From NCBI GenBank assembly GCA_000388065.2, contig KB932201.1: a DNA stretch of 64,000 nucleotides. One strand, written 5' to 3'. The notes beneath the pieces were generated by a model. The model had not been told where the DNA came from, made no database searches, and worked only from the letters and a program-made list of their open reading frames with translations. Position 1 is the first letter of the stretch; each line of letters starts with the position of its first letter. This DNA is from Fonticula alba ATCC 38817. Taxonomy: Eukaryota > Protista > Nucleariida. Made by a program: the position numbers and the translations under genes. Of this stretch, positions 49,208-61,306 are shown piece after piece.

Positions 49208-52200
49208 CTACATCGGAGGCATGAAGCCCTTCTTATCGAGCTTGCTGAGGAAGGTGACCGCTGTGCAGAACTGCGTCCACCAATACGCCGCCTGGCCGAT
49301 GGCCCGCCTTTCAGCAAAGGCGCGAATGTACCTGGGCAACGCGCGATGCAACACAGCAAAAAGGAGGGAAGGGGCAGGCGAGAGCAAGATGGCCAAAGGC
49401 ATGGGTAAGTGTGCTGCTGGGAGGTCGCGGAAAGGGATTGCGGCCAAAGCCAGCCACGAGGCAGCACACGCACTCAACCGAGTACTGCAGGTCGGGCGGA
49501 TTCGCCTGCACGATAACATAGATGAGAGCTGGGAAGAAGTCGTCCGCCCCGACAGGCTTCTGGCTCATGGAGAGGAAGTCTACATGCACCCAGCGGAGAG
49601 GGGTGAGACAGAGTGAGGGAGGGGTCAGCATGATGGGTTGACCGGGGATGGGGCAAAAGGAGGGAAACGGAGAGAGAGAGAGAGGGAGAGGGAGAGAGGG
49701 GGAAAGTATAGGTTCCCAGGGGAGGACATGGAAAGGGGAGTCCCACAGACGCACCCATCAGCGACTTGCACACTCGCACAATGCACGCGAGCATGTCCAT
49801 CGGCGCACGGTACAGATGAAGCAGGCCGAGTTCTTTCCAAGATGCGTGCGGAGAGGAGGGGGGAGGGGGGGGCAGAAACGACGAGTCCATGGCGACCGTC
49901 AGTCGAGTGGGGGAGAGATGACACACGGAAGGAAGGGAGCAAACAAAAGAAGAAGAAGAAAAAAGGCATGGTGCGTCCTCGCGCATGCGCACCCTTCTGC
50001 ACCGTCGGCCAAGGCGCCTGACTCACCAGGTGCCCGGCAATCTGAACTAGCGGGTGATCCAGGTTGAGGATCGGTCGAAGCTGCTCAATGCGCGAAAAGA
50101 GGTCGATGGTCGACGTGGAAGAGATGGCCCGGAAGACACTGGGGTAAACCTTCTGCATGAAGACGCGCTCGAGAATGAGGCAGGCATTTTCGCGCTCTTG
50201 CTGGCAGGAGGTCTGCCAAGCCTGATCCTGGCGAAGGAGCTGACCCCAGTAAACAGCAGTCAGTTAGGCTACCCGGCCACATGCGTATCATGTGCGCATG
50301 CGAGCGCGAATGCAGACGCCTGCACGTAGATGCTCGAGTGCATGCGTGCTGCCGAGGGCACGGCTCCCCCCCCCCCCACCTCCCTGTCCCCCTCTGGACT
50401 TCTCACCCTTGCCCCAGGTGACAAAAAGAGGCGCACCGCTTCCGACCTGAACATGAAGTTGGTCACCACCGCCGGCATGTTCTCATAGTTGTCGGTGGCC
50501 TCGAACTCCTTGATGAACTCGCGGATTTCGGCCGACCGGCGCTCCACCAGGCGGTTGACACGCAGGATCGAGTGCAGCCGGACGGCCGCCCGCCGGGACC
50601 GAGTGAGCTTCTGGTTCTCGGCCTTCAGCATGGACAGCCGGACAATCAGCGAGGAGCGCTTCTCATAGAGCAAGAGAACAAAGGAGGCGGCCTTGGCATA
50701 GTCCGCAAAGAGGGTCTGCCGCAGCCAGACCTCCACCTCGGCCATCTGCCCGGGGGTGATGCTGTCCATGATGCGGATGAGCTCCTCGCGCAGGGGAACC
50801 GCATTGGAGCTGTAGTCCATCACGCCATCCATCAGGTCATCATCGAATTCATCGATCCCAAGCTGCGCATTGGTCAGGGCATCTGTGTCGACCTCGGAGA
50901 AGTCATACTTGAAGTGCGAAAAGGCGGGAGCGTCGCCCTTGGACGCCTGTGCGAACTGCCAAGTCGCATGTTTGCCAGACCACGTCCCGGGGACAAGGGG
51001 GGCAAGGGGGGGGGGGCGGGGACAGGGGCACGAAGCCATGAATGCAGCACCATGCCAGTCAGGATCTCGCACGAAGGGGAAGAGGGGAGATATGGAGGGA
51101 GAGAGAGAGAGAGAGAGGGAGACAAAGACCCGGGAAGGGGGCGAATGTCATCGCCACAGAGGTACGCGACGCACCGCGAGCTCCTGGCGAAGGATGGAAT
51201 TCAGGTTGAAATACCGCCAGGACCGGGAGGGAATCGAATGACTAGACAGGACATTCCACAGGTAGGCCCGAGCCTCCACCACCTTGGCAATGTCCTCGCG
51301 GCTGAGGAGCTTCCCAAGTCGAGGGTGTTGGCTGAGATTCTCAAAGGCCTTCTTGTCAGTGGGCGACGGCTGATGCAGGCGCTCCTCGCCCATTTCAAGG
51401 GAGATAGCTGGGCCGCGGGAGGAGGCCCATACAAGCACGGGGGGAGGGGGTCAGCGCATGTGGGAGGCGGGCAGGGGAGGCGAGATGCCAGGGGAGCAAG
51501 GCAAGGGGGTGCCCAGACAACGAACCGGTTTGTGGGTCCAGCAAGATTGAGCGCCCCTGTTTCGGCTCGCCGCCGTGGATGATGATAAAGGAGAGGGCCT
51601 TGTTGGCGGCGTCCAGCGCGCCATTGAGGCGGTCAACTGCCACGCGTAGCTTGGAAGGGAGCTATTGCGCCGGAGGGCAGAGCAGGGCATGTAGTCAGTC
51701 AGAGCGCAAGTCCACCGGAGGGGCGCGGGGGGGGGGAGGGAGAGGGGCAGAGAGCCCCCTGGAGCAGCAGGGCCCGGAGGCGGGGATGTGCATACCGTGA
51801 GGCTCGAGCGGAAGAGCACATTCGAGAGGATGAAGCAGATCCGGTGCGAGGTGACCATGTACAGCGGCCCATCCAGGTGGAAGGCCGGCTGCTCGAGCAG
51901 TTCATGCGACAGCAGACGCGCCTGGTCACCAGCAGTGCCGGAGATGGCGGCCGCGGTGGCGGCTCCCGGCACGCGGTCGGCAAAGGAGACTGTGCGATCG
52001 ATCTTAGACAGACCCGGCAGGCCGGCAGGCAAATCCGGCACCGAGACCACCTGACGCATGGTATTCAGGATGAAGGAGGGCTTGAAGTGCGGATGGGTGT
52101 GGATCTTGGTGATGACGGTGGCGATTTTCGGGTCGCGGTGGATGTTCTGGATGTCGGTCACGCTCTCCAGCTGCGCAGATTGGGCCACAGCAGAGACGGC

Positions 52201-54597
52201 CTTGGCAAGCTGCGGAAAAGGGCATACGAAGGAAGAGCGGGTCAGGAAGTCGCCACATGCACATTTGCGTGTGCAAATGTTTGCATCCAGGGATGTGTCT
52301 CCGCAGGGGGATGGGGAGGGGAACGCACTGTCTTCAGGCCAAAGAGTGCACCCGCGTTGAGAGAGGCGTCCTGCAGGATGCCAAAGAATTGCTATCAGCC
52401 ATGGGGGGGGGGGGGGGGGGAAGAGGACGCAGAAGGGAAGGAGAAGGTATGCAAGTGGTCGCCAGCATGTTAGAAGGGCAGGGTCGAGGGGGGGGGGGGA
52501 GAGAAAGAAGAGAAGAAGAGGGAAGGGGGACAGCAGGCCATTTAGAGGGGAGGAGAAGCGAGACGCACAGGCTGGATGATAGCCGGGCAAATGAAGCGCG
52601 ATAGGAGCAGCTCGGAAACCAGCGAAAAGTCCCCATCGGCCACGCGGCCATTAGAGGGAATCCTGGATGGCCCAAGCACACATAGAGACCATTCACCCAC
52701 ACCCACGACCATACACACAGGCGCAAGCAGAGAGGGTGAGTATCGGTGCGCAAAAGGGTTCCCGGGAGGCAGGCATAGTGAGGGGGCGATGGATGCGCAC
52801 TCAATCAGTCGCCGACACAGCCAGCGCAGACCGAAGGGTAGAGAGGGGATATTTTGCTCGATAGCCTGGAAGATCTCCACACAGGCGGTCACCAGCCAGG
52901 TGTTGGCTGCGGATGTGGTTGAGGACGGCAGAGAGGTGCCCAACAGCCCGTGTGTCAGATGTGTATGCGTGGGTGCGTGTGCTCAGGAGGAAGGGGGAGG
53001 CATATGTGCGCATGAGCCTGGCCTTAAAGCAGGACAGAAGATGGAAGGGGAAGACAACACGGAGCGCGCACCAGTCTCATCGGCGCTGGGCGTCTGCAAG
53101 GAGGGGTTGAGCTTCTCCGCCATGGAGATGGCCTTGAGAAGAGGCGCTCGCAGGACAGCGCGCAAGAAGGCCCTTCCCGGGGTGAAGTATCTGGGTGGAA
53201 TATGTATGCGAGGGGCGCACGCAGTCAGCATCGAGCCAGGTAGAACACCGAGCGCCGGAGGAGACGCGGAGACGGAGAGGTAGACACATAGCAGCCAATA
53301 GAGGGGGGGGGGAGGGGGGCGGGGAGGGAACAGCGCACTTGAGGTAGGACGAGAGCATGCGCGAGAAGAGGCTGTTCTCGCGGAGCCAGTGGAGGAAGCG
53401 CTTGCGGATGTCGTCCATCTGTGCCTGGGTAAGCGGGCTCGAGGCCTTGATCTCGGACGAGGAGGCGCGCGACCGAGGCTTCATGATCTCGGCGAAGTTG
53501 TACGTCAGGATGTGCTACATGCACCGACCGTCCGCAGACAAGAGACGAGAGGGAGACAGGGGGGGGGGGGGGGGAAGAAGGAGGTCAGAGAGACGTGCAT
53601 GCGCAGGTGCACATTGACCCACCGGATGGCATACACCCACACGCACCTCCAGTACCGTGAGGATGGCCCGCTCATCGACCAGTGGATTGAAATTCCCGTA
53701 AAGGCCGAAGAGGGTGGCCTGGACAAGGGCATCCAGGTCGATCGGCGTCGAGGATGACCCGCCACCGACAGAGTCTCCGATGGTGGTTGGCTGGACATCC
53801 GACGAAAAGAGGCACAGAGCTTGCGCCAGAAGACGCGGCCGGCGCCACGTCTCACTAAGCAAAGTTGCCACATCCTGCAGAAGCTACGGCCACCGGAGGA
53901 CATGGGCCGCATGCATGACGAAGAGAGGGCATACGTGAGCATGGTCAACAGCGGGATCGGTGATGTGTGGCCTTGCGATTGGGGGGAGGGGGGGGGGGGG
54001 GGGAGGGGATTGGGGGGGGCGGAGGGGGGGGGAGGGACACCGTCGTACATGCGGGCTCTGGGTGACATTCTCGGTCGGCTGAGGGAAGGCGGCCCCCGGA
54101 ACCAGCGGCGCCGGGAGGAGATGCTGGCTGCACTCCTTTTCGAAGGCCACCCACGGAGAGTTGATCCCGCCAGCGGTGGTCACCGAGGAGGAGGACTCAA
54201 GCCGCGCCGAGGAGAGGAGATTGCGCCAGGAGAGATCCAGCAGCTTACATGTCTCATACTGCACAAGGGAGTCGAGATGAGGAGGTGCGCATGGGCCCCA
54301 CATGTGGGCAAGGCGTCAGCAGGGGTGGGATTGTGATGGCACAGACACACGGCAAGTCGCAAAGGCGACGGCGAGGCCCCCGGCGTCGAGCGAAAGCAGC
54401 ACACGGCAAGCGAGACCGGCCGACAGGCGCACCTGGAGATCGGTCGCAAGGTCGCGGACAGAATTCACCTCCGACGAGAGGAGGAGGTTTTGCCGGAAGA
54501 AGATGGACCGGAGGATTTCAAAGCTGGGGGGCGGCTGGCCGGGGGTCCCCGTGGAGGGGGACGAGGGGGTCGATGCCGGCGGAGAACTCATGGTCAT
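49208..54597 (-). CDS. GAPVD1: GTPase-activating protein and VPS9 domain-containing protein (GAPVD1/RME-6/Gapex-5), multi-exon
   Basis: The N-terminal RasGAP-like region has VQATLFGLYGN..DERAILTVLE, WLRENSLFSRM, LPFGLRWLCRRL and LLLSRFICPAIIQP. The C-terminal VPS9 domain has VGADDFFPALIYVIVQANPP and AAYWWTQFCTAVTFL. Confidence 0.85.
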
Positions 54598-54705
54598 GCC
54601 GCGGAGAGGGAGGAGCGGAGAAAGAGGCGGGAGCAGGAACAATGGGGCGCTCGGCGAGCAGGGCCTCGGGCACAGGTGGTGACAGTGGCGGCGGGAGATC
54701 GCGCA

Positions 54706-54742
<37 letters not shown>

Positions 54743-57700
54743 GAGCGGTGGGTGTCTGTGTGTCGGTATCCGTGTGTCTCTCTGTCCTTTTCGTCTCTGG
54801 CGGGTGTCACGCTGGCGGATTGGAGCAATTGGAGCACGGGCAGATGGATCGGGGCAGCAGGCAGTGGGGCAAGAGATCAGGGGCACAGGGAGCAGGGGAG
54901 GGGCGGGGGGCGGGCGGGGGGGGGGTCTGTTCATTTTCTTGGGTGCCAGACTCGCGAATAGGGCGGCTGAAAAGGTGCTGCCCATGCCCTTGGGCCCCTT
55001 TCGGCGAAGGGAGCCAGGGCCCATGTGCAGGGCTGATCGCCATGGACTAGATCGCTGCGCCTGTCTGCGAGAGTGCCAGCAACCAGTGGCGGGGCACTTC
55101 AGGGGCGGAGGGGGAACCGAGAGGAGGGGTTGTGGCGACAATGATGATGGTTGTCGTCGGGACGATGGAGCATGAACAGGGGGGGGGGGGGGGTACGCAG
55201 AGCCACGCCATCGGCCAGGATTCGACGCCCCCCGTCCTCCCCCGACGGCCACTCGTGCTCGCCGGGGCATTTTTGTCTCCCTTCAGCGCCTCCGGGCCCG
55301 ACGAGACGCGGGGTGTGCCCCTGAGACGAGATGAAGCCCCGGCTCATGCCCCGGCCGCCCAGCCCGCCCTTGCTCCCCCCCCCCCCCCCCCCGGCCATCC
55401 GAACGGCCCTCTGCATCGGCGCCCGGCCGGGTACATCTCGCCTCGCGCCAGTGGGCGCGCTTTGCCCCTGGGGGGGGGGGGGGGGGGTCCGGCGCGCGCG
55501 GCGTTGGGCGGGTGCCAGGTTTTCGACCTTTTCGACCGTGACGCATGCCTCCGTGCGGCGTGCGGAGGCCCTGCCCCCGGCGGGAGTATTGGGAATGGTG
55601 GCGCATGCATCCGGTCGGCATGTCCCCCCCAGGGCACCTGGCCCTGTTCTCGCCCCATCCGTGTCCTGGGCCGACCGCGGGCTCACAAGGGGAGGAGACC
55701 ACAGCCAAGCATGTTTGAAAATGTGCCCGAGCCGAAAAATGGGCGCCGATGCTCGCCTGAGCTCGCGCGCGCGCGCTCCCCCCCCCTGTCCCCGCCCGCC
55801 GGCCCCCGCGAAGCCGGGAGCCCAAACAAGTTCGCATACGAGAAAATGGCCAAGGAGATCACGTTCAAGGGCGGCCTCACTCGCATCCAGGTGGGCGCAG
55901 GAATGTGCTTCATGCCCACGCATTTGGTGGGGCGGTCTGTTTGAATTTTCCGCCCTGCCTTTCACGCCCGCGAGCGCGCCTGCGACAGGGCCGCAAACGC
56001 GGACAGGAATTTTCAGCACATCGGGCCCGCGTGCTGGGCTGGGCACAGCACGCGCTTCTGGGGGACCGTTTGCTACCGTCTTAACTGACGCCACACCAAG
56101 AGAGCGGTTTAACTCGGGACATCCCGCCCGCCGTCGACAATGTCCAACACGGCCGAGGTAGGCAAGGCCGGGGGATTTCGGCGAGGCGTGCTTCCTGNNN
56201 NNNNNNNGGGGGGGGAGGCCTCGCGGGTCGCTGTAGTGCCTTTCAGGGAGCGTCATATTTTGGGAGGACACCCCGGCCAGGGATGGCTCTGGCTCCGCCT
56301 CAGTCTGACTCACTCATCGAATTGCTGGCCTGCGGATCGCCACAGGGGAGGCGTCCGTCCCCTTTCCCAAGGGAGGTTGGACCTCCGGGAGGGTGGTCTC
56401 CGCACAGTTGCCGGGGAACGGGTGCTGGTCGAGCGAATGCCGGATTGTCTCGACACAGCACCGTAGGGAAGGCCGTCCCGACGGGAAAGCCTGCCTGGAG
56501 CCGGCCTCGAGCGAATCTGGTCCCTTCTTCGTCGCCAGAACCGGACCGCACCTCCTTCGGGGCCACTGATCCTTGAGTGGTAGGCGGCGGGAAGTAAGTC
56601 CGGGGAGGGTGTCCCGGCTTGCCGGCGCCCAGTGAGGCATAGAACGTAAGACCATAGACTGCCCCATGCTGGTGGCCAGCCGTGCAGAAGTAAGAACATG
56701 CGTTGATCGTCCCGCCGGTCCTGCTCCCGGGTGGGGACTGACAATGGCGGGCCAGCCATGTGCCTGTCCGGGACCCGAGAGGGGGGACGCCCCGGGACTG
56801 CAGATCGTCGACTGGACGGCTCAGGGTACCCGTATGCGGTGAGCGGCCCGGCTCTCGGGTCCCTTTGCAGGGCACCCGGCGATACTGGTGGGTGACTATC
56901 CGGTGCCGGCTATCTGCCGGTTGATTTTGCCGCCACCCCAGGCATCACATCTGTGGTGGCCTTTCTCGAAGGGCCCCAGTTGATCAGATTGCAGGAGGGT
57001 CCTCAGCTCGGCTCTGGGCAGGATCTCCGACGACCAGCGCCAAGTCGGGGAGAGGACCGGGCTGGGCGCCTCATCTCCAACCCAATGGCCCTGCCTTGCA
57101 TGGGGACTCCCGAGGGTGCAAGCATCCGTGTGGCCCCTTGGACGCCAGATGGGCCATCCAAGGGCCCGAGCGCCCGGGCGAGCGGCGTTTGCAACGAAGC
57201 CCCCATCAAGGAGATGAGGAAGGCCGGCTCCGCTCGGACCACGGAAAAGGGAACCTCGGAAGAGATTGTGGCCTTTCCGAGGCTCTGGCGTACCTGCCCC
57301 TCCCTCCCCCCCCCCCTGGCTCACCTCCATCCCCTGCCAGGTCCTGGGTTCCGTTGATGGCTGGCGATATCCCGGCGAGACCGTGGGCGTGGTCGGTGGC
57401 GCCTGGCAGGCCGGGTCCTGAAGAGAGGAAGGGCAGCCCTCTGGGGGCGGGCTGGATGGAGGTCCAACGCGGGGAGCCGCGGCCTGGTGTGTCTCCTGCC
57501 ATGCGCTGCGGGCTTGGCCCGGGGCCACGCATCGCACCTGTGTTCGGCTTTGCCACGCTGCCACGCTGCCACGCTGCCATCGAGAGGACCCCCGAGCGGA
57601 TATGAGGGGCAATAAATAAATGCGCCATTCATCGCACACTCGCTGGTCTGTGGAATGCGGTCTGGTGTCCGGATCGGGTCACGCGCGGGTCGGGGAACCA

Positions 57701-60218
57701 TTTGGCATTCGCTGGCGCGTGCCACCCGCGCTGCTGACTAGGGGGTGATCACGCATGCATTTGTGCCCCAACCATCGGCATCAAGGGGGGTTTCACACGC
57801 AATGGCCCGGGAGCCCGGGTCCGGGCGCAAACGGGCGTATGCCCCCGGCCTGGGGACGGTCCTTGAGTTGTGTGTGCGCGTACACACGCACGCGCTCGCC
57901 GGAGTGCCCAGCGGGGGGGGGGGGGGCGGCGTCTGGGCAGGGTGGTTACCCGGGGTGAGGCGGGGGGGCGGGCGGAGGGGCCTCTCGGCGGGGTCCAAGG
58001 AATGCCAGGCCGCGGGCCTGGGGCGTTCATTGCTTGGTCCTGTGGAACTCGGATTCCCTCTTTGCCGCCCCGACTCCCAGGGGGGAGGAGGGGAATGGGA
58101 TGCGGGTCGGGCGTGCCTCGAAGGTTGGGGGGGCAGGGCCTTCCTTCCCCGGGGCCGGGGGCCTGGTGGGAGATGAGCCGCTGTGATGCCATGCCCGGCC
58201 ACTTTCCCTGGGGGGGGGGGGGGCGGATGGCGGATGGGGCGCGAGGAAGGCCGCCGGAGCAGGGCCGCCAGCCAGCCGTGACGCGCGGGTCGGCCCCCGA
58301 AGCGATGCCGTTGTGCAGGGCGGAATGAACAGCTCCGTCACCACGGGAAAAGAGGGGCCGGCTCGGCCTCCAGGTGCGCGCGCGCGCGCGCGAGAACGCG
58401 AACGGGCATCCTCCGGCCCCCTCGCCCCCGGGGGCCCGGCCGGTCTGAGCGACGGCCGCGACCCGGTCTTTCACTTGTCGAGCCCCGGGTGCGTCAGCTC
58501 CGTGTGTGTGTGTGTGTGTGTGTGTGTCCGATCCCGCCGCACCTTCCTCGCGTGGCAGGCGGGGGTGCCATGCCGGGGGAGAGCTGCACAAGGCCACCAC
58601 CGACTCACGCTCTGGCTCGCGGCAAGGGTAGGGCGCGGGCGCAGGAGGCTCCCCCCCCCCCTCCCCCTCCGCCAGCGAGGCAGCGGCCCCTGAGGGATAT
58701 ATTATCCCGGCCAAATGGCCAATATACTCTCTCGCGGCATACGTGGACGGGGGTATTGTGCATGCAGTGGAACATGCCCTGCCCCCTCCCTCGGCCCCCC
58801 GCCCCCCCCCTGGCTGTCTCTCCCGCTGGTCTCGTCCTCTGTTCCAGCGGTTGGCCAGTCTTTCGACCGGCACGTGGGAGCCTTGTCCCGAGAGGGCACA
58901 CCAGGCGCAAAGGGTGAAGCCGAGGCGGCATCGGCCCCGCTGGTCGAGACGGATGTCCCGCCCGAGCACCGACTGGCAGGCCAGCAGGGAGAAGGTTCCC
59001 GCGCGGTCCCGGGCATCCGTCCTCTGTGCCCCCCCCCTCCCCGGGAGGGGAGGGCGGAGGTCACGGAGGGAATTTCCGCCAAGGGCACCCCTGCCCACAG
59101 GGTCACCACTTGGCAATTTCAGCCGGGGCTTCGCATCTCGCCGGGTCCGAAGGGCGTGTGGGGCGCCGACAGCCCGGCGGCCGATCTGGGAAACTAACCC
59201 GCAAGACCGCCGGAGAGAGGTCGGGGCCTGTGTCTAGGGGGGGGGGGGGGCGCGGGGAGAGCATGGTCAGGGATGTTGACCCAATGCGGGTGGTGACAGT
59301 GCTCTGGCTGCGGGTGGGAAAGGGCGCAGGGGGGCGGGGGGCGTATTTCGGCGGTGTGACCGAGTGCCGGGGGCCGAGGTCGCCCCATCCGCGGGTCCGG
59401 CATCGGCCCCGCGCTCCGTGCCGATGTTCACTTAGCGCCGGGGGCAGCGGCCCATTTCGTCTACGGCCAGGCCACGCCCGCCGGGAGAGGGGCCTCTGCC
59501 CGGGGGGGGCGGGGCGGCGGGGCGGCGGGGCTGGCCCGGGCCCCCATTTGTTATTGTCACCCAGCCCCGGGCCACTCCAGGCCGTGGCCCGGTCCGGGGA
59601 TTGCTCGGGGGTGGTGTGGGCGCGGGCCGGCCCCTCTTTCTTGGCGCTTCAGCCCAAGGGGAGGGGGGCCTCGCCTCGGAGCTGCTTCCCTTCCCCTTCA
59701 GGGGGACAGCTTGGACACATTCGCCCCAGCCAGGGCCGATCGCGCGGACCCCACGCGCTCCGGGCAGGCGCGCCCGGCCGCGCGGCTGTTTTCTCTCCCG
59801 CCCGGCGGGGCCCGGGAGGCGGCGGGCAGACTCACGGCAGGGGTGTCGATGCGGCCGCCCCAGGCATCGGGCCAATACTTGCCCCCGTCCCCGACGCCTG
59901 CCGAGAGCCCCGGGGGCAGGCAGGCAGGCAGGCAGGGCGGCCAGTGGCCCGAGACTGACAGATGAGATGCCGTGTGCCAGCTCCCTCCCTGGTTACCCGC
60001 TGCCGGTGGTGGCACCAAGATGCCCGGGCCCGATCAAGCGGTGGCCATCTTTTCGCCCGCGATGGTCGGGGCTTGCTCCTCTGGGGCTAGCTCCGTGCGC
60101 CGGGCGCCGGCCGCACACGTCCGGGCTCAATGTCGCGCCTCCGTGAAGCTGGCCTCGGCGCGTGCGCAACCTCTGTCCTTTTGGTCCAGAGCGTCTCGCC
60201 CTCCCTATTTCGGCCTCC

Positions 60219-60571
60219 CTACAGTTGTCTCTTTAAGGGGTGCTTTGCCTGGGTTCGGGCCAGCACTTGCCCGCAAACGGCCCTCCCGGTCCGCATTGCG
60301 CCCCCACAGCAAGATGTTAGGTGACTCGATGCCCGGCCATCCGTATGCGTGTGGCATGCGCGGGCGCTGTGCCGCTCCGGCTGACGGTGGCGGTGGCGTG
60401 GTGGCGGGTGGGGCGAGGGGAGGGGCGAGGGGAGGGGCGTCAGTGCGGGCGGGCCAGCACCAGCGCCAGCAGCAGGTCGGTCACGCACTTGTACCGGGCG
60501 TAGCTGAGCTTGCCATCGACAAAGCCATTGGTGAGTTGGCCCTTGAACCCGATCGAGAGCACTGGGACACG

Positions 60572-60651
<80 letters not shown>

Positions 60652-60841
60652 GGACGACACGTGGCAGCAGCCAGGGTCAGCGGGGGACAGGCAGGATGGC
60701 GGCCATGCCGCGCGGCACCAGAAGCAAGAGGCACGCACGGTCACAATTCAAATGATTCCCGGCCGAGTCCGGGGGCGAGAGAGAGAGTTCGGCCAGGGCG
60801 GCCTCGGCAGCCTCGAGCTGCTGGCTCTGCGGGTCGGACAT
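60219..60841 (-). CDS. Small hypothetical spliced protein
   Basis: MSDPQSQQLEAAEAALAELS..NCD, then a GTGCGT intron containing (TG)n, then phase-compatible LLSIGFKGQLTNGFVDGKLSYARY, then a second GTGCGT donor. The 3' exon is uncertain, and an N gap lies just upstream of the ATG. Confidence 0.35.
60581..60648. repeat. (CA)n microsatellite, intronic
   Basis: Read directly from the sequence. Confidence 0.95.
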
Positions 60842-61306
60842 AGGGGCAGAGGAGGGGGGNNNNNNNNNNGGGCACAGCAACGAGAGGGGTGTCGCCTGGC
60901 GGCCCCCTCTGGTGGCGTCCAGAGGCCGGCACCGCATCAAAAGACAGACACCTCCCCCTGCCACTTGGCCGCCCCAGGACTTGACACTCATTCTCCCTCG
61001 ACCTCACGACTGTTTTGTGTTTCTCTTCGCCTGCCACTGTCCCCCTCCCCTCCCCCTGCCCTGTGCATTTGCGGCCTCTGCGCCATATCTCCCAGTCTGC
61101 CCCTCTCCAACTGTGCGTCCGCCTCCGCCTCCGCCTCCGCCTCCGCCTCCGCTCCCTGCCCCCTGCCCCCTGCCACCTCTCCTGCTCGTTCCTTTCCGCG
61201 CTCCGTCCCTTACACCATCCCCCTGCCCTGTCCTGCCCTGCCCTGCCCTGCCCCCCCCCTCCACTCTCGACCATCCACCTCCCAGAGCTGCCCGCCCTTG
61301 GGAGAC

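Noticed and set aside
24828-54597. Functional clustering of Ras-pathway genes (RasGEF, SRF, GAPVD1)
   Set aside because: They are tens of kb apart and interleaved with unrelated housekeeping genes, and co-location of three signalling genes in 64 kb is unremarkable.
56480-56770. Transposase- or integrase-like snippets (LERIWSLLRR; TDNGG)
   Set aside because: Each sits in a short stop-bounded frame with no other catalytic residues, TIRs or LTRs, which is consistent with chance.
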